This document shows positions 25,901-38,645 of a stretch of 64,000 nucleotides of DNA, one piece after another. Below the pieces are notes generated by a model. The model ran no database searches. It saw nothing but the letters and a program-made list of their open reading frames with translations, and was not told the origin of the DNA. This DNA is from Raillietiella orientalis (taxonomy: Eukaryota). The stretch is from assembly GCA_036172245.1 (NCBI GenBank), contig JAYWIR010000004.1:2790001-2854000 (forward strand), given 5' to 3'. The first letter of the stretch is position 1; each line of letters begins with the position of its first letter. The translations under genes were made by a program, and so were the position numbers.

Positions 25901-28900
25901 TAGGGATAGTGTTTTAGATTTACTAAAATATAAATCTTTACTGTCTCCATCATAACTTACTACTGTTTCATTTATCATACATTCAATCCATATTTTTTAG
26001 TCTTAATGTGGTTTTTCCTGATGTATGATGCTTTTGAAAAGAAATATGTTGAAATTTTCATCGTGAAGCCTTGTCACACCTTTGTTTTGGTTGATAGATT
26101 CTGTATTATTATCCTTTATGGTTTATTTTCCATTAGTGGTGTTGCCTTGTTTCCATATAGCAACATAATATCCAGATGAGACTTTTAAATATGGTCAAGT
26201 GGAAGTTTGGATATGGTTTGGATTGGCTTTTGTTTGGATGCATTTAAAAACACAATTATTGAAAAGGAGCACTTAGGAGTAACATCCCTAGTTTAGGATA
26301 TGAAACCGAATGAGACATAATCCTGATATCTTTAACACACCTATACTAATAAGTGTGTTGGTATTACCCATTGTAAAGATGCGAGGAAGAGAAATAACAA
26401 CATTCCTTAGAGAATGCTGTTAATTACGGTATTATGCTTTGGGGATTCCAGTGGTTTACTTAAGATAAGAATGAAATCTTCAATGGAAACTATGCTGTTG
26501 CTGCGTTTTTTGTTTTTTTATTTCTTAACATTAGACATAATTATAAGACAAAATATTTGTTAATGTAGCATATTAATAACTAAATCAAATGTGAAATCAC
26601 CCTAAATGCAATCCCTAATTTTTATTAAGAATATATATATATATAAGATAGTAGCTAACTTCAAACAGTCGGTGGAAAATTTTTTTGGATTTATAATTCC
26701 TGGTTTTTTGATACATAATCAAGCGTTTGCAGTAGATAGAACAAAAATTCTTCCTGTACAAGCAATAGCTTGAGCGTTCTTGTTTCACTCTTTTTGATGA
26801 ATAGGTCTTTGTAGATACTTGGTTTTTTCTCTGCATAGATGTTTGCTTCCATAACTTTATGTTTTGGATTCTCTTTGTGCATATCGATGAAAATTCAAGT
26901 AATCTACAAGAATTAAGTCCGTTGATACTTTATCCTGAAGAATACCATTGTGTTTAGTGCCTAGAATGTCAAAATGTAAGTTAGTTTTAGGTATTTAAAA
27001 TTCTTATGCTTTGGAACTGATTTTTATCCACTGGCATATCAGCAGGTTTAAATTACGTACATCAAAAGTTACTTGCAGTTTTAGAATACTCTTTTGTTCC
27101 ATATATTCTGTTATTGATTTCTTTCGTATTTTTTTCTCTGTAATGTTAAATTGATTGCAATTAATGTTATTCAGATTCCGAGAGCAGCTAGGATATCTTG
27201 TGTTAAGAGCTTTACAAAGCTCCAGTCTTTCCCTTTTGTATGCTACTTTGGATTTGATATCTGCTCTTATGATTCCCATGTATGTGAATGCAGATTTAAA
27301 ACAAGAACAATTGAATAAAAAATCCTTATTATCCAGTCCTGAATTTCTGAAGGGATTGGTGGATCAGTTTGCAGTCCATGGAGTGAGTACACTTTTTTTC
27401 TTGGTTCTGACTCTTAACTCCTTGTGTTTTTAGAATGCTGGCACTGCTGCCTTATTAGTTTCTGAATTTTTGGACATTTTTATGTTCGCCTTATGCCCAC
27501 CTTACAGTGATACTACAGATGGCATCCAATTTGATAATCTTCTAACCATGATGGCTAGACATGGTGCATTACTGTATAAGTTGTTACAGGTTAATACTTG
27601 TTTATTATCGCATCTTGAAGCTAGGTAGTGTTTTTCCAGCATCCATCCTTAGCTATAGTAAAAGCAGCAGGTATGCTAATACAAACACTGATTGAAGAAG
27701 GATCAGAGGATGTCTCACTTAAGTTGCAAGAGATGTCACTTATGCATGCTGCTTTTCTCATGCATTTGAAAAATGCTCTTTTTATACCAAATAAAGATAC
27801 AAGACTATTAGCACATCGTCAGTTGTCTCGTCAGCTGATAGCCCTTTGGGTTAGCAACCACCCAGTAGCATTGAAATTGTTATACAGACTTTTAGTAAGT
27901 GAATTTTAGTGTGAGCATTACAATCAAGTATTCAAACTAATGCACATGCCAGATAATGCTGCATACATTTGCAAGTGTGCATAAAAAAAAAAAACTTTGA
28001 AATGGAAATTCTATTACATAATTATTCAATGTATTTTAATTGATGCCATATGATACTTTACAGAGACTTTAAAATCCCAATATAGCAGAAATCATGCCAT
28101 ATTTTCCGTTTTCTGTTCATAGCAGGTATTTTGTTATATAATTGAGTTTGGATATCTCCAATTCAAAATGAGCATTTTAGAGTCAAATTGGATTTTTATT
28201 TGTAAATTGGATTTTTACTTATTCGCCCTTATCGAGATTCTTCATGTAAAATGTTTGTTTGGAGAGGTGAATCCTTTTTTTAGAAGAAAAAAATTCCGAA
28301 TTTCCGAAAAGATTAATAACAGCTTTAACAAGTATGCAATATGAGTGCATGTCTGAATTGATTGCCATCAAAACTGACCTTTTTTCTACTACTTCTGATA
28401 TCTGTGTATCTTCAGAGCAATCTTGGAAGTGTTACAACAGTCATAGTTTGCCAATATGCAATAGTGCTAAAAACATTTGAAGATTTATATTGCAATAGGG
28501 TTCTGTGCAACGTGCGAAATTGCCTTGATAGATGTATTATATAGTTCTAAAAACTAAAAAAACATGAAAGATACTGAACAGTATGCTTCATGGTCAGTTT
28601 TTAATTTGAAAGAATTATCCATGCTGATTTATAGTATTTTAATTTCATATTTTCTTTCTATATGGCATGCTAGGATTATCGAAAATCAGATTTTATTAGC
28701 ACACAAAAGGAATTGCAAAACTGATCCTCATTGTCATTGTATGTTCATGAAAACAAACGAATTCTGGTAGATGTGATTTAGGTTGATGGAGAAAACATAT
28801 TAAGATACCAAGATTTTAAATGGCTTGTGATTTTCTTTTGAATAGTTAGGATTTTGGATTTCTTTTCTTTCAAAAACTGTATGGCATTTATACTGTATGG

Positions 28901-31900
28901 CATTTTTTTATGAGCAACGAAAGTTTTAATGCAAATACATAGCATAAGTTAGTCTTCCTGCAAATAGTAGGTGCTTTACTCTGAATGACATGACAATTAA
29001 TACTTTCAATTTTTACAAAAAGGCTCTGTTCGGTTTCAAAAATAGGGGTCTGGTATGGTAATAAATGAAAAGCACTGTAATAGTTGATTGATCATGGCTA
29101 ATAAATCGATAAAATTATTGAAAACTATTTTCACTCTCAAAGAGAATCTGTGTACCTAAACTGGATATTATTTATATTTTATGATTTATTTCATTATAAT
29201 ATTCTAGCCAGCAAGATTGCTTCAGTACTTAAATTGTGAAGAAAAAATTGAAAGTGAGATCAATTATCTACCCTCACGAAATATTCTTCAAGATGCTCCT
29301 GCTCAACAAGTTCAAAATGATGAGAGTTGCCTTGATGATGTAAAGTTAAGGCACTCTCTGTATGTACTGGAAAAGAAGCTCGAAAAACATTTGCAAGTAT
29401 ATTAATTTTTGTATTAGAGTATTCAGATAATTAGAATTTCGTTATAAGATTGCTATGAAGCACTGGAAAAATATGTCTGGACGTTCATTGTCATCTCACA
29501 ATGAAAACTACCAATTAGTTTTAAGAAAAAGGCGCACAAACACTACACAAAATTTAAACTGGGCTTGTTTTTATCACCATTTTAATGAAGAACATTTGGT
29601 TCCCGATTTGATTTGGAACTATAAGGTTAGTTTGCATTCCAAACGTCGTATAATTTATAAGCCATAGACACGAGAAGAACTTAGGAAAGTGCTGGAAGGA
29701 GAATTATGTTGTTTCACACAAGAAAAAGAACATTCTGGAAATGATGAAGTCATTTGGAATTATGAAGAATTTGAAGTGAATTATGGCAGCATAATGAATG
29801 AAATACGTGTTGGTGACTATTTTTTAAGTGTATTATTGGCAGTTGGTCGTAGAAACCGGGATTGCATACCACACATCTCCAACATGTAAATGTATATTTT
29901 AATGTATTTTTGTTGTATATGTGAATTTCAGTCAAGAGTTCTTTTTGGAGTTGTATCATCGCTTTTTGTTAAGTTCAGATAGTGCCTCTAGAATTATCTT
30001 TCTGGAGACTATGACACTTGTTTGTGATCAATACAATAAGCATGTTGGTAGCTTCCCTGATACTTGTTTTTTACCACTCATTTTAGATCAGGTAAGTGTA
30101 CTGATGTTGTACAACTAAAAACAGTGCTTATGTGAAGATACAAAGTGTACTCGAAAGAGATCACCTTCTACTTCTAACCCAAGTATTGCTACAGCATCCA
30201 ACGAATTTGAAACAGTTTCTTTGTGCAAGAGGGTTGCAACGATTGGTGGCCATGCTAATCAGTACTTGTAACGTCCAAATCAAGTTAGTGCTTATTCTCT
30301 AAGTTCGTATTTAATGGAAATTAGGTCTTTGTTGCTCTACCAGAATCATCATGTTAATGCATTCAATAATGATGATAATGATAAAGAATGTGAGGACAAA
30401 GAGTGGTATTATGAGATGATGAATGAAAAATGCGGACCTGTAACTTTGACCAAAGTTGGTCCATTCTTTCATTCGATATTTTTTCAAACGCAACTGTTTT
30501 CAGATGAAAGAAATTCTAATAGATGCACCTGCTGGTAAAAATATAAGGGTGTGGGCTGAAGGCATGACTGGATGGAAGATGGCAGTGGAAGTTCCTTTGT
30601 TTCGATGGTCACTTTTTTCAACAGGAACATCCATTCTTATTGGCAATCAGCTTAGCATCCTTGTTATAGATATTTTGTTAGAGGTGTGCCAACAGTTCCC
30701 TTGCAGGTGAAGCTTATCATCAGTTTATTCAAGTGTATATTTTTAATTGCCCTAGAAATGCGATTGGTGCTCTTATTCGCCCGTTGCCTAAGTGCAAAAG
30801 TCTAATTTCCGATCTCGATGTCCTGTCTTTTATTGTGCAACAATTACTGACCTTTGATGCAGTTTTAGTTGCTAAAATAGCATCCTTGCTAATAGAAGGA
30901 TTGCTGGATAACCCAGTATTAACAACCGTTTACTTGACTGGTGTTTTTTATTTTTTCCTGATGTATCCAGGTTCCAATATTATTCACATTGCTGAATTTT
31001 TTTCTTTATCCCATCGTGTCCAGAGCTGTTCAGTTCAACAGGTAGGACTGCTTTGTATATCCGATAATGTAAACTTGCTTCAGAGTATGGGCATAAGCAT
31101 CCTGAACCCTCTTCTTCCTGAAGCTATGATTGGGTATCTTGACAATCATGGACCTGAAAAATTTACAAAAATATTTTTGGGAGAATTTGATACTCCCGAG
31201 GTGATTTGGAATTCTGAAATGAGGTGCGTTTATCTTGAAAGTAATTGTGACAAGTGTATTCACTCTAGGTGCTTAATGATCGAGCGCATTTCTGTTCACG
31301 TGATGGATTTCACATCTAGACTTGCCAGTAATCCCAATCTTACATATCAGTTCTGTCCCATTCCCAAAATTCGCTATCCTCAATTGGAACATGAACTTTT
31401 TTGTGGAGGATACTATCTGCGGCATCTTTGTGATATTGTACGCTTTCCCCAATGGGATATTCCCAATCCTGTATGTTATAGTTGCTTGAACATAACTAGT
31501 TAGCATATCACATTTAATTAGGTGGAGTTGCTCCATAGCATTCTGCTTGCATGGGATGAAGAGATGAATAGGAAAGTTCCTGGAATGTCTCATGAAGAAG
31601 CACTGAAAGTTTTACAGCTGGATGCTTTAGATGCAACAGAATTAGATGATCGCAAATTGCGGAAAGCCTACTTGTTATTAGCTCAGAAATATCATCCAGA
31701 TAAGAACGCTCAGGGTCGAGAAATGTTTGATGAAGTGAGCTGTGCCTATGATCTGTTATCCAGCAAAAGTTACAGAATGGATTATCCCAATAGGGGTAAA
31801 CTTCTGTTACTCTTGGAAACTCAGATCACTCTTTTTATGCATCATACTAAATGTGAGTATTCTTTCTTTCTTTTCTGACTTGGATGGGCGTTGGGACCAG

Positions 31901-34890
31901 TACTGAAAGCTTACAAATATGCTGGTTATCCTACGCTGCTGGAAACTATCAGGTTGGAGATGTCAGCTCAATCATTGTTCAGCCAGCAACAAAGCTTACT
32001 GGTACCTACCATTCGTTTGCTTCATTGGACCATCAAATGTTCTTCTCTAAATGCAGAAGAACTTTTTCGGGAAGACAGTATCCAGGTATTCAGGCTTGCA
32101 TATTGTATAAACTGGTCTTCAGTGGTTTGAATAGTATTTGATCGAAGCTGTGCTCCAATGTTCAACTTTATTGACTCCTTCTTTGCATCCAGAACATCTC
32201 ATAGCAAAAGTGTGTATTCATGCTATCTCTTGTTTTGCGGCTGCTGCGCAATTTGAGACGTGTCTTCAGAAAATGGCAGAGAAACCTTTTATCGCTAAGC
32301 AGATTGTTGATTTCTTGTCGTTACTTGTGAGTTTCATAGTTGTGTATTCTGCATTTTATTTGATTTTAGAATATACCAGAGCTACAAATTGCTTCTGTCC
32401 ATTGTATCGGTGCTTTGATATACAATACTCATTTCCAGACTACTTTTTTGAATTTGGGATGTATTTGGAATTTGATGCAATTCCTTTTCTATTTTGATCC
32501 GACTCTTCAGGATGATCATTTAAATGATAATTCGAATTTGCAAGTATGATGCATGCCTATTTAATTTCTGTACGTTATCTTTAAAATTGTCAGGCCGTAA
32601 AAAACACTTTAGCTTTGTCTGCTCTAGAGACCTGCAAAACGTTTGCTGATCCATGCATTGGAACTTTGTCCTCTCAACTGATTCACCGGTTGTTTGGGGC
32701 TCTGTTGACCCCATTTTTAGCTGCGCAGCTGTGTTCCATGAATAGCACAGATGTTTGTTTTTGACTCTTCCTTACTCTTATTTGCTGTGTAGTTTTTGCA
32801 GTTATTGGTTACAGATTCTGAGACACCATATTTGATTTGGAATAATAGCACTCGAAAAGAATTGCAAGAGTATTTGACAGTTCAGCAACAACAGTCCAGA
32901 GCAGTAACTGAAACTGACTTAGATTTCTTGAATGAATTTTCCTTTTCTTTGCACAAAAAAGAGCTTCAAATTGGCCAAGTGTTTGTGCGTCTATACATCC
33001 AACAACCATCTTTTCCTTTGCAGGTTAACTGTTTGCTGCTTAATCATTGATGTATTTTAAGCATTTAGGATGCTGCCTTGTTTGCCAATGATCTCTGGGG
33101 ATTCATTGGAGCTCAAACACAGTATTTTCACTCAAAACGTATATTACATCAAGAAGCACCTTTGGAATACACTGATGAACTGTTTATGGCTCTGAAGGCT
33201 CTTTTTCAATTATTGTCCCATCATTCAGGTAACAGAATTTCCCATTTAAGCATTCCATAAATCCTCGTGTTTTTTAGAAGTTGATCCACAGTGCATTGGC
33301 CAGATGCGCTTACTCTTCAGTCTGCTAGCATTGCCAAATTGTTTTCATATTCATGAACTCGTCTTACAAATAATTTTATTAGTTTTACGATCCGCCTCTT
33401 GCGTAAAAGATATAATCGACTGCCAGCTGATGGGTTATTTGTTGCCACAGCTTAGTCAATTCTCAGTGTGTTCCTCATATGCCCTATCCATTCTGCAGAC
33501 TCTGAGTCACAATACGACTTTACTCAAAGAACTGCTTAACAAGGGTGCTCTGTTGAATTTGCTGCACGTTTTCTGCCATTCAGATAATGTGCAGCTTCGT
33601 GTACAGGTTGCAGAGGTGCTTGCCAAGTTCAACATTGATAAGCTATTAGGACCACGAGTCAGCTTGATTCTTGCACAGTTTCTGCCACCAATTTTTCTGG
33701 ATGTTATGCATGATTCTGCCACTACGAGTCTTTCAATGTTTGATGAAACCCATGAGAATCCAGAATTGATTTGGAATGAACAAGCCCGTCAGGCTGTGTG
33801 TGATTCTGTAGATGTATTGCACAGAGAGTATGATATGTCATTTTAGAAAAAGAGCATGCTGTTTCTTTTTCCTCATTAGGTTACTAAAAGAACAATTGAG
33901 TAATCCAGCTCTAAGTAATTGGCGGCTATCTGAAAGGAAGCAAATTCTTTCCCCAGCTAGTGAAGAAATAACAGTTGGTGGAGTCTACTTACGACTCTTT
34001 ATTGATAATCCACAATGGCGTGTACGGAAACCCAGGGACTTTCTTACTCAGCTACTAGATACATGCCTTTACCAAATGGGACCAGACATCCAAAATGTTT
34101 GTTCAAACTACAGTCATGGATTAGTTTTGTGTTAATCAGCTTGAGTTATTACAGATATCTGCCAAAGCACTAGTTCTTTTATTGCAACATAATCCCTTTT
34201 TGTATGAAGAAATGCCTGCTTTGGGCCATATTCCAAACCTAGTACAGATCTTGCAAAGTAACTCTCAATCAGTTGTACTGGGATGCTGTCTGCAGCTTAT
34301 ACAGCAGCTTTCCCATAACAAGGTATTGTCATTCATATATACTTACACTAATATGTGTCATTTCTCAGACATGTGTCAATGGTTTGGCTCAGACAAGTTT
34401 AATTTCAGTTTTGTTAAAAATGACAAAAATGCATCGAGAATTTCTTCCTATTGTTTCTGAAATTTGTTATCATTGTTTCAGTTTCCAAAATGAACCTCTA
34501 GTCAAACAGGTAAGATTAAACATTTTGAAAGCTTGTTCAATTGGTGATTAGGCTCTGGATGTAAATCTTGTGCCGTATTTTCTGAACATCTTGGAAAATG
34601 AAGGTGCACTGGATGGGAAGAATTCAGCCCCTACACGTGCTTATATAGTCAAAGCAGTGAAGGCCATGCTCAGTTGCCCTACTATTGGAGATAGAGTGAC
34701 AGAGCTACTGGAAAACAATCCTGTTTGGAAACAGTATCGAGATCAAAAACATGATCTCTTCCTTGTACCAACTACACCCATGCAATCCATTGCAGGTTTG
34801 AACGTAGCTGGTTATGTAACTTATGGATCCAGATTGACTAGTACCTCTTCAGATCCACCCCCTTTACATGCTAAAGTAAATAATAATTGA
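19950..34890 (+). CDS. DNAJC13: DnaJ homolog subfamily C member 13 / RME-8 (endosomal J-domain protein); 32 exons, 2228 aa
   Basis: Hand-spliced GT-AG model, exons: 19950-20026, 23205-23472, 23528-23728, 23773-23912, 23963-24214, 24257-24503, 24552-24721, 27175-27382, 27434-27589, 27640-27894, 29208-29396, 29449-29625, 29668-29885, 29932-30091, 30138-30283, 30325-30454, 30504-30706, 30756-31041, 31084-31223, 31269-31470, 31522-31852, 31901-32085, 32135-32326, 32370-32543, 32594-32752, 32793-33023, 33069-33228, 33278-33827, 33880-34096, 34140-34322, 34369-34509, 34552-34890. Total 6687 nt with consistent phases. RME-8 motifs recognised: KHSWKGRYKRVFSV, VTQDGLFAENK, IWN repeats (LIWNYK, VIWNSEM, LIWNNST, LIWNEQ), GYF-like WYY...GP...WAEGMTGW, J-domain YHPDKN, YKYAGYP, C-terminal WKQYRDQKHDLF. 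Confidence 0.96.
22275..22631. repeat. ~357-bp dispersed repeat, copy 1 (DNAJC13 intron 1)
   Basis: Near-identical, same-orientation copy at 26164-26521. Internal 10-bp hairpin aacacaccta-tactaa-taggtgtgtt at 22445-22470. Confidence 0.93.
26164..26521. repeat. ~357-bp dispersed repeat, copy 2 (DNAJC13 intron 7)
   Basis: Matches 22275-22631 with a handful of substitutions; ends in the same ttttttgtttttttat tract. Confidence 0.93.
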
Positions 34891-34992
34891 AAATTCCAAA
34901 GATTCTTTTCATAAAGTAAATATTCACTTGTGATACAATGATGCCCAATTATTGGCATTTTAATGTCATAAAGTCAAGCAAGCGTGGGCATG

Positions 34993-34998
34993 AATAAA
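34993..34998 (+). promoter_or_regulatory. Candidate polyadenylation signal of DNAJC13
   Basis: AATAAA ~100 nt after the TGA, followed by T-rich sequence. Confidence 0.5.
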
Positions 34999-35599
34999 AT
35001 TAAGCCAAGTAGATTATTTTTTGATATCTTTGTTGCTCTTGTCTTTAAGTAATCAGATTTAATTAGTATATTTGCATGGAAAAATTGCATTTTAAATTGA
35101 GGAATCTGATCAAAATAAGTAAAATGGTTATCAAACTGCAAATGGATAGTTTGTTTTTGTAAGTCATTACAATAGCCTGCAAATTACTCGATATCCAGAT
35201 ATTCCCAAAGAAAAAGAATCCAGATACTTTTCCTTTAGAAATACATATATAAAAAAAAATACTGTTTTCCGATGGGCCCAATCAGAATGCCAGTACCGGC
35301 AGATAATTTTCTTGAGAAATTTAAATGCAAAGCGTCATTGTTTGCAAGCTTGCATTCGTTGAGATTGTTTCTTTTTCTTCATTCAATATATCCAGTCACC
35401 GCGCATTTTGTTCAACATTTTCCCAGTCTGACGAATGGTGGGGTGGTTTTATTTGGAATATTTCAACCCTTAACAGCCGACATCATTATACAAACAAGAC
35501 CGAAACCATTATCCTTCACGTGAGTGTCAGTACTAGACACATCACTTCTGTTTTAATGTTGCAATAGCTCACTTGGGGGTCACTCTCCTTTCGTACCTT

Positions 35600-36010
35600 T
35601 CATTGGTTCTTTCGGAAAAGGCGGTGCTCTTTTTAGATCTTTTCTTGAAGAGTCATCACTCCTTGATGCTAATTTCCTTTTCCAACATGCCCATCAGAGT
35701 GTCTCTTGCATGGGTATGTACATCCCTCCAGAGTCATGTCCTCATGAGGATGCATCAGACAAAGGCGACGGTCGCCTTCGCCATGGGGTTGTACTTGGGG
35801 ACGCTTTTTTGTCATTCTAGGTGCCTTCCCAAAACTTGCTATCTGGTGGCTCTTTCGAAGTCTGTCTTCACCACCTTCCAGTTGCGGACGAGAGTTCGGA
35901 AGATGTTACCGTCGAGATGAGTCTTCAGTGCTCCCGCATACCGGGCATCCCATGTCACGGGGGTTCCCCGTCCAGTATTGAAGCCATGCGGCACACAGGA
36001 TGGTAAAACA
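35600..36010 (-). mobile_element. Degenerate L1/Tx1-like ORF2 C-terminal fragment
   Basis: Minus strand reads LP/CAAWLQYWTGNPRDMGCPVCGSTED...IFRTLVRNWKVV with stops and frameshifts; resembles the 18.4-kb fragment. Confidence 0.45.
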
Positions 36011-36644
36011 GCAGGAGCCTATTGCATCGTATTCAGCATCACAGAGAGATGCATAGAAATGGTTCATTATACAAGAACAAGATAAATATTAGTATTAAGG
36101 AAGTGTAACAGTAGGAAGTGTAACCTTAATTTACCATGGGTATTCCGGGGGGGAGGGATGCAGTTTGAAACCGATTCAAGATAAATGACATTTTTTTATT
36201 ACTCTCGATATATTCAGGAATTGGGAAGAGATTCATGTGGCTTTTGCTTCAGATTGTCAAAAGCATCAAACACACATTGAACACATTAGTTCGAAAAATT
36301 TTCATAGATTATATGCTACGTGAGGGAAAACCTAAGAAAAACCGGAAGTACAGAGTTATCAGTACGAATGATAATCACTGTTTTCAGTAAATTCATACGG
36401 ACTTTTTTTTTTTTTTCTTCAGAGGCCATTAGCGATCTCACGGGCATATCGTTCCTCTTGGCTTAAGAGGACAGAAATCCTTTTGGGTTCTTTTCTGTTT
36501 TTCCTTCCAGCTTCTTTTATTTTCTTCGGGTTTTGTTTTGTTTTTTTGATTCGCTAAGTACTTAAGAACCATTCGCCTCCTGGCGGCTCACGAATACTGT
36601 TCCACCCCATCCGAGGGGGCGTGTAGTAGCTCTTCAAGTTAGAA

Positions 36645-37095
36645 AGTATCCAGGAAGGGGACCACTCCATAATCTAGGAAGGACTCCGAAGAAAGGAGTC
36701 CGTTCCTCTTACTCTTGGGAGGGAACCCTCCACCCTGGTTGTCTCCGAAGGGAACGTCTTCCTTATTCTCTCCGGAGGAACCCCCTGGAGGGGACCACTC
36801 ATTTCTTCTCCGAAGGTAACCCCGAAAGGATCCGCTCTTGAATTTCTTCTTCGGAGGGAACCCGCAAGGAAAGTGATCCTTGCTTCCTCCTCTTAAGAGA
36901 ACCCCGAAGCGACACTTCCAAACTTTCTCTGAAGAGTCGCTCCCTAGGGAAGCAGCGCACTCAACATTCTGGAGAGGTCACCCCCGAGGGGGTATCAGCT
37001 AGCTCCATCATACGCGATGGAAGGCCCCCCCAGGGAGGGACGACGACTCCATCTCCACAACCGGAGGGGAACACGGAAAGGAACCTTGATTCTTG
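36645..37095. repeat. Degenerate ~40-bp tandem repeat array
   Basis: Recurring units such as tctccggaggaaccccctggaggggaccactc, tctccgaaggtaaccccgaaaggatcc and tcttcggagggaacccgcaaggaaag in a GC-rich island. Confidence 0.55.
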
Positions 37096-38349
37096 AAAAC
37101 ATCCTGGAGAGTCGACTTCCAATCCCGGCCAGTCATCGGAGGCATCCCATTTTCAGCTTCCACTGGTGCCGCACCCGAATAGGCCAACCAGCGTCATCTT
37201 GCGGGAGGAGGACTCGAAACTCGCGATGAACCAATTTCTCGGCGTCTATCCTCCACGTGGTTATTCGAACCTGCATCTCTAGGTACCACAAAGCAGTCTT
37301 TCTAGGTTTTCCTTTTTTCGTTGTTAAAACAGCCTGAGATCTACTTCATTTTGTTGATTTCGGATTTACAGACAGTATCCTGGACAACATTCCTACCCTA
37401 ATATGAAAGTTATGTGTTGTGTCGGTTTCATCCGGAATGATACACAAATTAATATAATGCAGAATTTTATTTTGATGGTATCAGCGAAATGGTTCAATAT
37501 TACCGAAGATCTCACTATGATAGAGCGAAGATTCATGCATCATTCACATAGATGTACTTCGTTCATCCACATATATGCATTCTCTAGTGAGAGAAGATAA
37601 ATAAGCCACCCCTTTAGATCCAGAAGGTATAAAATACTCATCAGTATATTATCTGAGTATGACAGTCATCAAACATTGTTTTAAGCACTTTTATATATGA
37701 GCACTATGAGATTTTTGTATTGTTATCAAGTATGTAATCATATATTTATGGTTACCTTTACTTGGTTGTAATAATCAATTTTCTGTTTCTTTTTAAATAG
37801 CGTGGAATACAAAGAAAAAAAAGAAAAATGGAATTGATTTTTTCCCACTTTCCATGCAGACGAAACAGCTGTATCTCCATTTTTTTATTCATCTGGAGAA
37901 CATTATAAAATGACGGAAGAATAGGAAGATAGATGCCCTTCATGATGCCGTCATTTAATTTTGAACATCTTGAATTCATTATTTGCACCAAAATTCAATA
38001 ATGGCAAATTACTAAGGCCTCTACTCTGAAAGCGAACAAAAAGAACACACAAACTGAAGTCATCATTATTTTGCTAGAAAATCTTACATCAAAACACACA
38101 TTAAAAAAACAAATAATTCATGTGGTCTCAATTCTCCTGATAGATTGGACAAAATTTTCGAATATCATATGAGTTTCATTAACCATTATTCTTAAGAAAG
38201 AATGGTGATTGTAAGGAGGAACACTTGTTTGAAGTTCCGAAATTTTGTTAACTCACAAAAGCGGTTTGTCTTTGTTTCAAGCCAAGAAGTTACCGGAGCA
38301 TTTTATAAAAACCAAGCGGAAGAATTCTGCAAAGCAGTCTGAAAACTTC

Positions 38350-38645
38350 TCTTGTTATATTTGCAATAAAAGGAACATTGTCCCATCATTTTGAAAGCAA
38401 ACGACATAATGTAGATAGAGAGTAAGTAGCGGACCAAGTTTTCAAAAATTGAGGTTTGATCGAGACGATCAGACATGGGGAGTTTTAACATGGTGAAAAC
38501 TGCAACTTGTTGACGCCCAAGACACGCCTATCGAAGGTCTTCATATCAGCTGCAAATGGTATTTCATAAGATTTCAAATTATCAGTAAATTTCCCCATAG
38601 CACGCTCAAAATCACCATGAGTATCATCAGACTCTGCAGCCTGAA
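38350..38645 (-). mobile_element. Decayed CR1/Jockey-like RT remnant
   Basis: FTDNLKSYEIPFAADMKTFDRRV (cf. INDL....LFADDLKLF), then LKTWS after an in-frame stop. Confidence 0.4.

Noticed and set aside
36645..37095. CRISPR array
   Set aside because: Eukaryotic context, highly diverged units, no repeat-spacer alternation and no cas genes.
37277..37290. LTR primer-binding-site-like TGGTACCTAGAG on the minus strand
   Set aside because: Imperfect, not preceded by an LTR-ending CA, and no paired LTR is visible.
38486..38640. Small peptide or neuropeptide exon on the minus strand
   Set aside because: No partner exons or signal peptide found; FAADMK fits a decayed RT motif better.
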